A DNA stretch of 64,000 bases, from assembly GCF_009914755.1 (NCBI RefSeq), contig NC_060946.1; one strand, written 5' to 3'. Positions 1 through 21,770 of this stretch are shown piece after piece. Position numbers and translations under genes: made by a program. The stretch comes from the human T2T-CHM13v2.0 reference genome, Homo sapiens. The first letter of the stretch is position 1. Each line of letters starts with the position of its first letter. The notes beneath the pieces are model-generated. The model searched no databases. It saw only the letters and a list, made by a program, of their open reading frames with translations, and was not told where the DNA came from.

Positions 1-476
1 TTTATGATAGAATAATTCACTCTATTATAAATGTTTAAATTGATATTTTTGTGAAAAATAGAATTGCATTTATTACTTTCACACTATAATATTTACTTTC
101 GTGGATATTTAGTTATGTCTTTTGTGTGTGTGTGTGTGTCTGTGACAGAGTCTCACTCTGTTACCCAGGCTGGAGCGGATTTTGGCTCACTGCAACCTCC
201 ACCTCCCGGGTTCAAGCGATTGTCATGCCTCAGCCTCCTGAGTACCTGGAATTACAGGCGCATGCCACTGCACCTGACTAATTTCGTATTTTTAGTAGAG
301 ACAGAGTTTCACCACGTTGGCCAGGCTGGCCTCAAACTCCTGACCTCAAGTGATCCACCTGCCTCGGCCCTCCAAAGTGCTGGGATTACAGATGTGAGCC
401 ACAGCACTTGGCCCAAGTTATGTCTTGTATAGATATCCTACAAATGTTATCAGATTTAGGTACTTTCCTTTTTTCA

Positions 477-677
<201 letters not shown>

Positions 678-1490
678 CTACTCGGGAGGCTGAGGCAGGA
701 GAATCACAAAACAAAACAAAACAAACACCCCCCTTGCCAGGCTGGGCATTGTGGTTCACAACTATAATCCTGGCACTGTGGGAGGCTGAGGTGGGAGGAT
801 TGCTTGAGCCCAGGAGTTCAAGACCAGCCTGGGCAACATGGTGAAACCCCATCTGTACAAAAAATACAAAAATTAGCCGGGCATGGTGGCATGTGCCTGT
901 AGTCCTACCTAACCAAAAAGTTGAAGTGGGAGGATCGCCTGAACCCAGGAGGCAGAGGTTACAGTGAGCCGAAAACACGCTACTGTACTCCAGGCTGGGT
1001 GACAGAGTAGGACCCTACCTTAAAAAAAAAAAAAAAAAAAAACCACACCCACCTTGCAGCATAGCACTATTGTAGCTAACATGATGAATCTGATTCTCCT
1101 ATAGGCAAACAAGGAGAAAAAGCATCTTACCATGACGAGCACCACCCCCAAGGCCAGACAGCTATTAACACAATGAAGGGTATATTTCAGTATATGAAAG
1201 TTCTTTCAGTTCTGAACAATGTTCATTTCTTAGACTGGATACTCCCACTGCCACAGCAAAAAGCCTAAAACCCTGCTTTCTAAACAGAATTTTAACGAGA
1301 AGTGCAAAAACGGACTGAAGGATAAATTGTTGTGTTCTGTACATTGCCGCATTGTGTTTTCCAGAATACTGAAAAACCCCTAACTGAAAGAATGTTTGCA
1401 CAATGATTAACAAGGCTTTGTCTGACAGGAGGAAATAGGAATGGGAGATGATCATTTATGTATCCACCGTAACTGGACACAGGGCACTCA

Positions 1491-1853
<363 letters not shown>

Positions 1854-1949
1854 CTACTCAGGAGGCTGAGGCAGGAGAATCTTATTACGGGATCGTCCCG
1901 ATTTTCATATGAACGCTGTCATTTCTTCAGTCTTACACAAACACTGTCT

Positions 1950-2549
1950 ACCATGCTATCATTCTTTGGTCCTCCCTACTTTTCTGCTCTCCTTCATTCC
2001 AAGCCTAAAAAGAGCTCTCCACTCACTGTTACCACTTCCTCACCTCTCAGCCTCTCTTAGTCCCACTCAGTAAGGTTTTGTTCCTATCACACCACCTCAT
2101 CAAGGTCACCAACAACCTGCATGTTGCCAACACCAATGCACACACATATCTGAGGTCTCATCTTACTTGACGTCTCAGCAGCATGACACAGTTGATCCTT
2201 CTCTCCTTGAAACACTCTTCACTGGGCTTTTGGGACCGTGATTTTTTTCCTATTTCTCTGGTTTCTTCTCAGTCTCTATTTGTGAATTCTCCTTTGCTTC
2301 CTAACTGTGGATTCTTGCCATGCCCAGGGTTCAGATCTCTTCTCTACCTATAAACTCTCCCCAGAGATGCTTATCCAGTCCCATGGCTTTAAAGAACCAT
2401 CCACTGATGACTCCTTCATTGCTCCTCCAGGGGCCAGCTACCCAATGGCCCCATTTTGAGTCCTCTCAAACTGAGTCTGTAGAAGACAGGATTCCCGACC
2501 CTCTCTAACTCACCTTCAATCTGCTCCTGCCCGAGTTCTCTATCCATAG

Positions 2550-2550
<1 letters not shown>
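1950..2550 (+). mobile_element. L2 fragment
   Basis: TCAAGGTCACCAACAACCTGCATGTTGCCAA...CATCTTACTTGACGTCTCAGCAGCATGACACAGTTGATC resembles L2 consensus; C/T-rich. Confidence 0.7.
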
Positions 2551-3370
<820 letters not shown>

Positions 3371-3512
3371 TCACCGCTGCCTCAAATTTCTGGGCTCAAG
3401 GCATCCTCTCACCTCAGCCTCCTGAGTAGCTAGGACTACAGGTGTGCACCAGCACACTTAGCTAATTTTTAAATATTTGTGGAGATAAATAAGGTCTTGC
3501 CATCTGGCCTAG

Positions 3513-3932
<420 letters not shown>

Positions 3933-4115
3933 TAAGTCCTTTCTTTCTCATCATCCACATTCAATCCACTGGCAAGGCAATGAAAACTACCACTGGCCAG
4001 GCTCAGTGGCTCACGCCTGTAATCTCAGCACTTTGAGAGGCTGAGGCAGGTGGATCACCTGAGGTCGGGAGTTTGAGACCAGCCTCGCCAATATGGTAAA
4101 ACCCCGTCTCCACTA

Positions 4116-4628
<513 letters not shown>

Positions 4629-4632
4629 TCAA

Positions 4633-4635
4633 AAA

Positions 4636-4678
<43 letters not shown>

Positions 4679-4680
4679 AC
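4633..4680 (+). repeat. (AAAT)n tetranucleotide in an Alu tail
   Basis: About 11 consecutive AAAT units. Confidence 0.95.
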
Positions 4681-4962
4681 AAAACAGAAAGACAAGATCC
4701 CACATCTTGTCAGCCTCTCAGATCTCTAGCTACTTTCCCTCTCTTCCTCCTCACTCACTCCTCTTGCCGCTCCTTGTCCACACCACATGTGCCCCTTTCC
4801 ACACTCCTCCATTTGCTGTTTGCTATGCTGGGCACACCCCTCTCCTATGTGGCTCACTCCCACATCATTTAGTTCTCTGCTCAAATGTTACCTCCTCAGT
4901 GCAGTTTTTCCTGAGCACTGTATGCCCAAGAGTTGGCCCTCTTGAACACTAACTTCTTAATT

Positions 4963-5976
<1,014 letters not shown>

Positions 5977-6488
5977 TTGAGCACTAACTTCTTAATTATC
6001 TTGCTTTCTTTTTCTTCATGGCATTTCTTATTACACAAAATGAATGGATTCTGCATGTATTCAGTTATTTGTTTACTGTATGTATACCTCGATGAACACG
6101 GGGTTTATCTGTGTTCTCACTGGCCTTCAATCTCAATAGTGACAGTATGCCCCAGAAAGATGAATGGATGGGTTCAAACAGATGTCTCTTCTACATGCAT
6201 TCTACATCGCATCCTTCAAGTAGGCAATTAAAGCCCACAATTGAGCACTCCAGTCTGCCTGTGCAACTCAAATCTCAGCGCTGCCACTTCTTAGCAGCTG
6301 TGTGACCTTAGGAAATTTCTTAACTAATCTTAAGCCTCAGTTTCTCCACCTGCAAAAACAAAACTCACCTCATTAGAAGACAATCATGCAAAACCTTAGC
6401 TCAGGGCCTGGCACCTAGTTAGACTGTTATTATTAAGAGTTGATATTCAGCTGACATACACTGAGATGGTCATATCAATCATCTATGA

Positions 6489-7149
<661 letters not shown>

Positions 7150-7489
7150 TAAGACATTTTTAACATCACCCCTAGTAGTAACATTTTGCCTATAGTCCTT
7201 ATGTCTCCCTTGCTTTCTAAAGCTGTGAAAGTTCTCCTAAAACAGAACGGACAGACCTCTTGAAGGCTTTATCCCGTATTCCACCATGTATTACAAGTAT
7301 ATAGTAAAGTTCCTTGAAGACAAGGCCTATTTCAAATGTTTTTAATTTCTTCATTTGCTCCCCTTCCCTTCTCTCTTCTCCCTTCTCTATGGTCCGTTGA
7401 CAGTGTGGTTTGCAGTGGTAGGGATGCCATAAATATTTCTGATGGAAGTCATGCACGAGAAGCTACTTCCTAGGTACTATTGTCCGTAC

Positions 7490-8005
7490 TTGCCTGAACC
7501 TAAGAATCACCTGTAAAAACTACAGTTGCCAGAGCCCCAACTTATATCTACTGAATCTGAAATTGGCAGTAGGATGGGGGCATATCTGGAATCTTTTTTT
7601 TTTTGAGACGGAGTCTTGCTCTGTTGCCGAAGCTGGAGTCCAGTGGCGTGATCTCGGCTCACTGCAACTTCCGCCTCCCGGGTTCAGGAGATTCTCCTGC
7701 CTCAACCTCCTGAGTAGTTGGGACTACAGACACACGCCACCACACCCGGCTAATTTTTGTTAGAGACGGGGTTTCAGCATGTTGGCCAGGCTGGTCTCGA
7801 TCTCCTGACCTCATGATCCACCCACCTTGGCCTCCCAAAGTGCTGGGATTACAGGCATGCGCCACCGTGCCCGGCTTTGTTTTTTTTAATCAGCCAGCCT
7901 CCCAAACTACAGCAGGCTCAGAGAGACTCCCAAGGAATCTCTATTTCTAACAAGCATCCCAGCCCATTCAGCCCATTCTTTTATCAAATGAGTTTAGGAA
8001 ACATG
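7490..8005. mobile_element. MER5-like hAT-Charlie MITE fragments around an Alu
   Basis: AGAATCACCTG...TACTGAATCTGAAA...GGAATCT...TTCTAACAAGCATCCC resembles MER5A. Confidence 0.5.
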
Positions 8006-8538
8006 GCCCTAAATTATCACCCAAGATGTTATCTATCACCTGTCACACATCACCCAGTTATTGAAAAACTTACCTGAAATATAAGGTTTTCATTTACATG
8101 TCTCACAAATAGGCACTGGTTTACTAAAAACCCACAGAAATGTTATCTTTTTGGTTTGTGTATTAATATCATTTCTATCTTGATATAGAATACCTTTGAA
8201 AATTAAGGTTTCTTATTGTACCCAAATCTTCATCTCTCTCACCCACTGCATCTAAGTCTAGCCTTATCTATCTACACTGGTACTAAAACATAGCTTTTTT
8301 TCTTTCCCTTTTAATGATGGTGACTGAGGTACAGCCTCCTCTCATCATTTAAAAAAATTATTTTAGGTGGACTGCGATGGCTCACTTCTGTAATGCCAGC
8401 ACTTAGAGAGGTGAAAGTGGGTGGATCACTTGAGCCCAGGAGTTCAACACCAGCCTGGGCAACATGGTGAAACCCTGTCTCCACCCCCACCCCCAAAAAA
8501 AATGCAGCTGGGCGGGGTGGCGTGCACCTGTGGTCCTA

Positions 8539-8966
<428 letters not shown>

Positions 8967-9899
8967 TGATCCACCCACCTTGGCCTACCAAAGTGCTGAG
9001 GTTACAGGCGTGAGCCACCGCGCCCAGCCTGTGACACACTTTAAATGAATTCAGGGTTGACTCATACACAGCACGCCTGGTAATAACATTGAAAACAAAG
9101 TCTCCTGCCCAAATTCTAACAGTTACCACCACAATGCAGAGCCCTCTCCTGAGAGATAATCATTTCTGTACAGTTAATGATGAAAGAGTGACGCTTTCAT
9201 AACAAGACCAATGATGGTTTCTGTTCCCTCTCAGTCCAAATCCAGTGTCCGTCTCCTCCCAAAACAATAGGTTATCCTCTGATCAACGCTGACAAAATGA
9301 ACCCTGTAGGAAACACACAAGTATGGCGCATCTCTCAAATCTTAGCTCTTTGAAATGACACCAGGCAGCCGACTCTGAATCACAGCTACATTTTAATCCA
9401 TTTTCCGACACTCCAAATGCTCTAAGCTATTTTCTGTATAACCACTGCCCTCACGGCGGGCAGCCTGAGAGAAAGATCGTCGCGTGAGGGGGTACCTTGA
9501 TGGGGGTCCGGGCTCTGCTACAAACTGGCTAGGTGAACTTGAGCAAATCCCTCCCTCTCTCGGAGCCTCAATCTCATTAACTCCAAAGAGAGACAGCTGG
9601 ACTCAGAAGACCCCTCAAGTCTCCCACATTTCTAAGAATCTAACAGCTGGGGGTCACAAGGGTAACCAAGACTCTAGCCCCATAACATATTGTTTTGAGA
9701 TTACCTAACCTAACCCTCTAGCTTCAAAGACTAAGATCCAGAAATGAAAGTTGCCTGACACTCAATCTAGTGTCCTTCCCACAGGACATCATTCCTTCTA
9801 CGAAAACGAACACACGAGAAAATGGCATCTGAACATCTGAAAGCCCTGCCTCGACTCAAGAGACGGGCAGGTAGCCTATTTCATCTGATTTTTGTCCCT

Positions 9900-10450
9900 C
9901 GTGAACTTCCACCTAGCTGGAAAGGGCAAAGCGCGAGCTTCTAGGCCACACCCTAAGTAAATCCGGACCGCCCTACGCAGGAGCAGTCGCACCTGCTCCT
10001 AAGCTCGAGGTGAAGGTGGCTCCGTCTCCACCCGAGCTCGCCTCAGAGCGAGCCCGCGACACAGAAACATCTCTCTTCAGACCCCAGCTTGGTCCAGGTT
10101 GCCCCACGCCCCAAGGTAGTCTCTCCGCGCTGCTATACCTGCTCCGCCACGGCGCGACCCCGTGCAGTAATCCCAGACATCGGTGCCCCACGGACGTCGC
10201 CATCTTGTCTGCTCCTTCTCAGCGTGCCACGCCCCCTTCACACGCTGGGCGCACGCTTAAGGCGTCACGAGTCTCGAGTTCAGTGGGCCAATGAGAAAAG
10301 CGCGGGTTGGGGGCGGAGCCGACTAAGCTCCGCCCTGTGGCTACTCCCCACCTAACCCGCTTGGCACCTGCGGAGGTAGGGGAACTAGTGGAGCTGTAGG
10401 TTTCGCTAAACCTGGGCTTGGTCGCAGCACTGCCACTCCTCCTCCTTCCC
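9900..10450 (-). promoter_or_regulatory. PISD: PISD CpG-island promoter (no obvious TATA box)
   Basis: High CpG density; CCAAT box at 10288-10292; GC boxes GGGCGGAGC (10311-10319) and GCTCCGCCC (10327-10335); YY1-like CGCCATCTT at 10198-10206 overlapping the ATG. Confidence 0.85.
10139..10203 (-). CDS. PISD: Phosphatidylserine decarboxylase proenzyme (mitochondrial), coding exon 1
   Basis: Translates [21 protein letters not shown] + AG, the N-terminus I recognise for human PISD. ATG context is CAAGATGG. The donor is CAG|GTATAG at 10139/10138 (phase 2). It sits in a CpG-rich region. Later exons lie left of the window. Confidence 0.95.
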
Positions 10451-10829
10451 TCTGGGTGCCTTTCCTCATGTACCTGGAAAATCTGAGTCATCCAAGATCC
10501 AAGAATGTCGTTTCAAGTGATCGAACTTGCTCATTTTACGGATGGGGAAACTGGGCATCCATGACTCAGCTCTCGTTTTTTAAGCGCCGGAGTGTGTTGT
10601 GAGCACTTTGCAAGCATGGTGTCATATCATTCTTATCTCCTACCGCTGTGCTGCCAGGGAGACCGGGGGCAAACGGTCTTGGATCACCTAGAAATGCAAC
10701 CAGTCGTTAAATTCGGTGCCTGGTGCTTGCTCTTGAAAAGGTTCCTATCTTCAATTGTAAGAGGAAAACGAGTTTTCAATCATGTCTGCTACTTTTTACT
10801 GAGCACTGACTAGAGACTCGCAGCTAGGC

Positions 10830-11203
<374 letters not shown>

Positions 11204-12097
11204 TAGCCAGGATGGTCTCGATCTCCTGACCTCGTGATCCGCCCGCCTCGGCTTCTCAAAATGCTGGGATTACAAGCGTGAGCCACCGCACCTGGCCTAA
11301 ACATTCTTCCTTTTAAGCCCTTTGTCAGAATCTGGCAGAATTTGGGTCCAACAACTGAAGGAATGCAGCCCTACTTTTTCATCTGCTAAGCTGATAATCA
11401 CAGTTGCCTTCACCAGGCATTTGACAGGAGGAGGAATATGCTCCCTGGTCCCTGCAGGTATTTCTGTGTAGTTGGCTTAAGTTCAACTAGGGCATACTCA
11501 GCTCCTACAGAGAGCTTAAAAGGCACCAGGTTTGGTATTGGGGGGAAGAAACCTCCCTTTGTCATGGTTTTCAAAAGTCGGAAAAGAAAAAAACAAATGT
11601 ATAGAATTGGTTTTGGCCGGGCGCAGTGGCTCACGCCTGCAATCCCCACTCACTGGGAGGCTGAGGTGGGAGGATAGCTTGAGCCAAGGAGTTGAGACCA
11701 GCCTGGGCCGGGCGCGGTGGCTCACGCCTGTAATCTCAGCACTTTGGGAGGCCGAGGTGGGCGGATCACGAGGTCAAGAGATTGAGACCATCCTGGCTAA
11801 CACGATGAAACCCCATCTCTACTAAAAATACAAAAAAAATTAGCCGGGCGTGGTGGCGGGCGCCTGTAGTCCCAGCTACTCTGGAGGCTGAGGCAGGAGG
11901 ATGGCGTGAACCCGGGAGGCGGACTTGCAGCGAGCCGAGATCGCGCCATTGCACTCCAGCCTGGGTGACAGAGTGAGACTCCGTCTCAAAAAAAAAAAAA
12001 AAAAAAAAAAAGGAAGTAAAAAAGAGACCAGCCTGGACAACATAGTGAGACTCCATCTCTTTTTTTTTTTTTTTAAGAGGCTGGGCACCGTGGCTCA

Positions 12098-13100
<1,003 letters not shown>

Positions 13101-13192
13101 CTCATTACTGTCATGTAGATGGGTGGGGAAGAACCTATTTTTCCAAGCTTACAGGAAAATAAATAAATAAATGGCTCACTGAATGCTTTTAG

Positions 13193-13510
<318 letters not shown>

Positions 13511-13838
13511 TAAAGCACGCTTCCTGCCCACCAAGGCTTGCGCTCGCTGTGCCTCCTTCAGTAGGAAACAGCATTAACTTCCGTAAGATCCTGTCTTTTG
13601 AGACCCCGTCTCAAAAAAAAACAACAACAAACCGACTTAAGCACTCGAATCTTCGGCAGCTTATCTATACATTTGGATATCACTTACCTCATGGAATTGT
13701 GAGGACAAAATAATGCAGCGTAAGTTCAAGGCACCTGGTAGGTGCGAATTACTCAACAACTGGGGGCATTAATTTCTGAGATTTCTCTGTGGCCGCTAGG
13801 GGGCAGAATTAGCCTAGCATTTAAGAACGAGCTTGCTT

Positions 13839-14299
<461 letters not shown>

Positions 14300-14692
14300 C
14301 TATTGTCTTTATATTAACACATTTATATTTATAAATCCAAGCTGAATTCATTATTATTATATTCTTTTCCTTTTTTTCCTTTGAGACAGAGTTTCACTCT
14401 GTGGCCCAGGCTGGAGTGCAGTGGCCCGCGATATCGGCTCACTGCAATCTCCGCCTACCGGGTTCAAACGATTCTCTTGCCTCAGCCTCTCCAGTGCCTT
14501 CAATTACAAGCACTGGCCACCACGCCTGGCTAAATTTTGTATTTTTGTTTAGAGAGACAGGGTTTCGTCATGTTGGCCAGGCTGATCCCAAATTCGGGGG
14601 CTCAAGTGATCCTCCTGCCTCGGCCTCCCGAAGTGTTGGGATTACAGGCATGAGCCATCGCACCCAGCCTCATTTTTTAATTTTAATATTAA

Positions 14693-14977
<285 letters not shown>

Positions 14978-15158
14978 TAATCCTCTTACCTCGACCTCCC
15001 AAAAAGTTGGGATTACAAGTGTGAGCCATGGCTCCCAGCCAGCACTTTTCCTATTGTCTTAGTCCATTTCTTAATCTGTTAAAATTGGGAAACATTGGTA
15101 ACTACCTGATAGGCACAACAAGGTTTTATTTTGAGATGATAAAATTTGTCCTGAATTA

Positions 15159-15353
<195 letters not shown>

Positions 15354-15533
15354 TTAGTAGAGACAAAATTAGCTGGTCGGGCTGGGCTCGGTGGCTCACA
15401 CCTGTAATCCCAGCATTTTGAGAGGCCAAGGAGGGCGGATCATGAGGTCAGGAGTTCGAGATTGCCTGGCCAATATGGTAAAACCCTGTCTCTAGTAAAA
15501 ATACAAAAATTAGCTGGGTGTGGTGGTGCATGC

Positions 15534-15770
15534 CTGTACTCCCAGCTACTCAGGAGGCTGAGGCAAGAGAATCGCTTGAACCTGGGAGGCGGAGGTTGCA
15601 GTGAGCCGAGTAACTGTAATATCAGCTACTCAAGAGGCTGAGGCAAGAGAATCGCTTGAACCTGGGAGGCAGAGGTTGCAGTGAGCCGAGTAACTGTAAT
15701 ACCAGTTACTCAGGTGGCTGAGGCCGTAGAATCACTTGAACCCAGAAGGCGGAGGTTGCAGTGAGCTGAG
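15534..15770 (+). repeat. 80-bp x3 tandem repeat derived from the Alu right arm
   Basis: Unit CTGTA...CAGCTACTCA.GAGGCTGAGGC...GGTTGCAGTGAGCCGAG(TAA) starting at 15534, 15614 and 15694. Confidence 0.9.
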
Positions 15771-15984
15771 ATTGCGCCACTGCTCTCCAGCCTGGGTGAC
15801 AGAGCAAGACTCCATCTCCAAAAAAAAAAAAAAAAAAAGGAAGATGACAAGCATTGGAGAGGATGTGGGAAAAACTGGAATCCTTGTACATTGCTGATGA
15901 GAATGTAAAATGGTGCAGCCACTGTGGAAACCAGTTTACCTTGTTCCATCTCAAGCTAGTAATCCCAGCTCTCTGGGAGGCTCA

Positions 15985-16203
<219 letters not shown>

Positions 16204-17498
16204 TTATAATGAGGGTTTGCAACATTATTTGTGTGCAGCACACAGGAAGTGCTTGATAAGTGGAAGCTGCTAGCTTTGTTATTATCACTGTTTAATTTTA
16301 GGGCTGCTGCCTCTCAACCTTGCCCATGCTCTGACACTTCTAGTCAGAAGCATTTGCTTAATCCATCCATTCATTTATTTATTCATTGATTTAATAAGTG
16401 TGTATTTATGGGAGTCTGCTCTAGGTATGACCGTGGGCATCCATGCCTTTATGAAGCTTATATTCTGGTGAGTACAGACATCAGGGAGGAGTCCTCCTTC
16501 GAAATCTGCGTTTTTAGAATTCAAGCTCCACACCCCGCCCCCCAACAAGAAAATCTCATTTGTTCTATTGCATGATGTTTGTTACATAGGGATAATTATT
16601 ATCGAAAACTGTAAGGTACCGTGTAGTTATAAAAAAGCCAATTATTGCAATGCGTGGTGACACGCCCACAGGATCCTAGCTACTTGAGAGGCTGAGGCAG
16701 GAAGATCACTTGAGCCCAGGAATTTGAGGCTGCAGTGAGCTATGATTGCACCACTGCCACCCTAGTCTGAGCAGCAGAGCAAGACCATGTCTCAAAGAAA
16801 AGACAAAAACAAAAAAGCTGGCTGGGTGCAGTGGCTCACTCCTGTAATCCCAGCACTTTGGGAGGCCAAGATGGGTGGATCACTTGAGGTCAGGAGTTTA
16901 AGACCAGCCTGGCCAACATGGTGAAAACCTGTCTCTACTAAAAGTACAAAAAATAGCCAGGAGTGGTGGCATGCACCTGTAATCTCAGCTATAGGGAGGC
17001 TGAGGCAGGAGTATCACTTGAACTCAGTAGGTGGAGGTTGTAGTGAGGCAAGATTGCACAACTGCACTTTAGCCTGGGCGACAGAGCGAGACTCCATCTC
17101 AAAAACAAAAACAAAAACAAATTCTTGGCCCGGTGCAGTGGTTCACGCCTGGAGTCCTAGCACTTTGGGAGGCCTAGGCAGGCAGATTGCTTTGAGCCCA
17201 GGAGTTCAAGACCAGCCTGGGCAAAGTAGCAAAACCCTGTGTCTACAAAATACAAAAATTAGCTGGGAATTAGTGGCTCACACCTGTTAGTCCCAGCTAT
17301 GCGAGAGGATGAGGCTAGAGAATCACTTGAGTCTGCGAAGCAGAGGTTGCAGTGAGACAAGATGGTGCTACTGCACTTCAGCTTAGGTGAAGAAGTAAGA
17401 CCCTGTTTCAAACAAACAAAACAAAACAAAACAACAGCCGGGCGTGATGGCTCACGCCTGTAATCCCAACACTTTGGGAGGCCAAGGCAGGCGGATCA

Positions 17499-17767
<269 letters not shown>

Positions 17768-17861
17768 TCACATAATTAACTTTACATTTGGTTTATGGTT
17801 AATGGTAGGTATTAGAAAGTACACTTAAAAGTACTGTGACTTGGCCAGGTGCAGTGGCTCA

Positions 17862-18139
<278 letters not shown>

Positions 18140-18229
18140 TTAATTAATTTGGGTTGGTGGCAGTGATTTGTATAGAAGGCTCCTGGAGGAAGGGATGTTT
18201 GCAATGCGACTTTGTGATAGGCTAAATAA

Positions 18230-18561
<332 letters not shown>

Positions 18562-18619
18562 AGTGATGTCCACATTCTAATCCTCAGAACCTGTGAATGT
18601 GTTATGTTACATGGCAAGC

Positions 18620-18860
18620 AAAATTGAGAAATGGAGAACAGATTAGTGGTTGCCAGAGATTAAAGAGAGGGTGGGAGTGGGAGGGAAATGTGTGCAGCTA
18701 TAAAAGGACTAAGGCATCCTTGTAGGTCCTGGTAATAGAAATGTACTGTATCTTGACTATATGGATGTCAATACTGTGATTATGATATTGTATAGTTTTG
18801 CAAGATGTTACCATTGGGGGAAAATTGGGTAAAGGGTACACCAGGATCTCTGTATTATTT
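18620..18860 (+). mobile_element. L1MC-type 3' end fragment
   Basis: ATGGAGAACAGATTAGTGGTTGCCAG...TTTTGCAAGATGTTACCATTGGGGGAAAATTGGGTAAAGGGTACA..GGATCTCTGTATTATTTCTT. Confidence 0.75.
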
Positions 18861-19362
18861 CTTTTTGTTTTTGTTTTTTAGATGGAGTCTCACTTTGTTG
18901 CCCAGGCTGGAGTGTGATGGTGTGACCTCAGCTCACTGCAACCTCCACCTCTTAGGCTCAAGTGATTCTTGTGTCTCAGCCTCCTGAACTGCTGGGATTA
19001 CAGGCACACGCCACCACACCTGGGTAATTTTTATATTTTTAGTAGAGACTGAGTCACCACGCCCGGCCTCAAGTTTTTCATTTTAAAGATAAGGAGAGGT
19101 CACGTGACTCTGTGAAGGTCACAGGGTCAGCAAGTGAAATGGCTGGACTGGATACTGCAATCTGATTTCCAGGCTGCTGCATTTCACCCAAGGTGTCCAA
19201 AGTTTTCCAGGCTGAATTTTCATGACTCCTGGGCCTTCCAAAAAATACTGGGATAATGTGAGTATTGAAGTGGAACAACGGAATTCTGTGGCTGGTATCT
19301 GAATACAGAGCTATGGAAGAGAGGTTGTGGAATGCTAAAGTCATATAACCCCATTCAGCTCA

Positions 19363-19542
<180 letters not shown>

Positions 19543-19545
19543 TCA

Positions 19546-19788
<243 letters not shown>

Positions 19789-20276
19789 TTAATTTCTGTG
19801 TGTTTGACGCTGCCAGAGACAGATAACTTGTTTTCATTGCTGTTGTTGTTTTGAGACAGGGTCTTGCTCTGTCCCCAGGCTGGAGTGCAGCTGGCACACT
19901 CACAGCTCTTTGCAGCCTGGGCCTCCTGGGCTCCAGAAATCCTCCCGCCTCAGTCTCACAAGTAGCTGGGACTACAGGCATGGACCACCACACCTGGCTA
20001 CTTCGTTTGTATTTTTTGTAGAGACAGGGTTTTGCCATGTTGCCCAGGTTGGTCTCCAACTCCTAGGCTCAAGTGATCTGCCTGTCTCAGCCTCTCGAAG
20101 TGCTGGGATTATAGGTGTGAGCCACCACACCCAGCCATGAAAATTGTTTTGCAAAGCAGATTTTGAAACAGATTTCTTAGGTCTCAAGCTGTTCATAAGA
20201 TTACCTTTTAGGTAGATCCAATTTTTTGGCTACTTCTATCACTCTTACATTCTTCTTCTTTTTTTTTTTTTCTTGA

Positions 20277-20384
<108 letters not shown>

Positions 20385-20578
20385 TGAGCAGCTGAGGACT
20401 ACAGGCGTGCACCACCTTGCAGTGTGATTTGCAGCACGAAGTCTCTGAAAGAAATTCCAAGAAATCCTGCGCTAATTTTTGTATTTTTTGGTGGAGAGAG
20501 GGTTTCACAATGTTGCCCAGGCTAGTCTCAACTCCTGACCTCAAGTGATCTGCCCACCTGGGCCTCCCAGAGTGCTAG

Positions 20579-20794
<216 letters not shown>

Positions 20795-20977
20795 TAGACG
20801 GGGTTTCTCCATTTTGGTCAGGCTGGTCTCGAACTCCCGACCTCAGGTGATCCGCTGCCTTGGCCTCCCAAAGTGCTGGGATTACAGGCATGAGCCACCG
20901 CGCCCAGCCTCTTATATTCTTATAGGAAGAATATTTCTTCTTATATTCTATTTTCTTTATACTTTATGGTAGATTGA

Positions 20978-21253
<276 letters not shown>

Positions 21254-21329
21254 TGATCTGCCTGCCTCTGCCTCCCAAAGTGCTACGATTACAGGTGTGA
21301 GCCACCGTGCCCGGCACATGCTCTTGCTG

Positions 21330-21750
21330 TGTTATATCCTTCTCATTTGACATGTAGGTCTACAATTCTTCCACTATGAGTAGAATATTTTCTCTGCCTT
21401 GTTCATGTGGAGCTTGGCCATGTGTCTTGCTTTGGTCAATGGATCATATAAGGATGTGAAGAGAGGAGTGGCCTTAAATGTGCTGTTTGACTTGGCTTGG
21501 ATCTCCTGCTCTAGGGAGCAGTTGGTGCAAGGAGAATAAGAGACATTTTAAGCAGACCTGGACCTAAAGTACAGCCATGCCCGGTTGACCTGCAGCTGAA
21601 GCAGAGCCATTAGACTGAGCCAAGCCTAGATCAGCCCACCTCAGTCAACCTGCAGATCCATGAGCATGAGGATAAATGGTCACTATTGTTCTCTACTGAA
21701 TTTGGGGTGATTTGTTATGCAGCAATATCACAACAATAGCTGACAAACAC
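21330..21750 (+). mobile_element. MLT1-type LTR
   Basis: GGAGCTTGGCCATGTG.CTTGCTTTGGTCAATGG...GCCAAGCCTAGATCAGC...ATAAATG...ACTGAATTTGGGGTGATTTGTTATGCAGCAAT...GCTGAC. Confidence 0.75.
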
Positions 21751-21770
21751 ACATCAGGAATGTACTTCTC

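Noticed and set aside
9973-10138. 76-aa ORF as a complete small protein
   Set aside because: Only the first 65 nt are PISD exon 1; the remainder is intronic read-through past a good donor.
10010-10491. Overlapping ORFs around the PISD promoter
   Set aside because: Expected from stop-codon scarcity in GC-rich DNA; no recognisable protein features.
15534-15770. Regularly spaced repeats as a CRISPR-like array
   Set aside because: Eukaryotic DNA; the units are contiguous Alu-derived tandem copies with no unique spacers and no cas genes.
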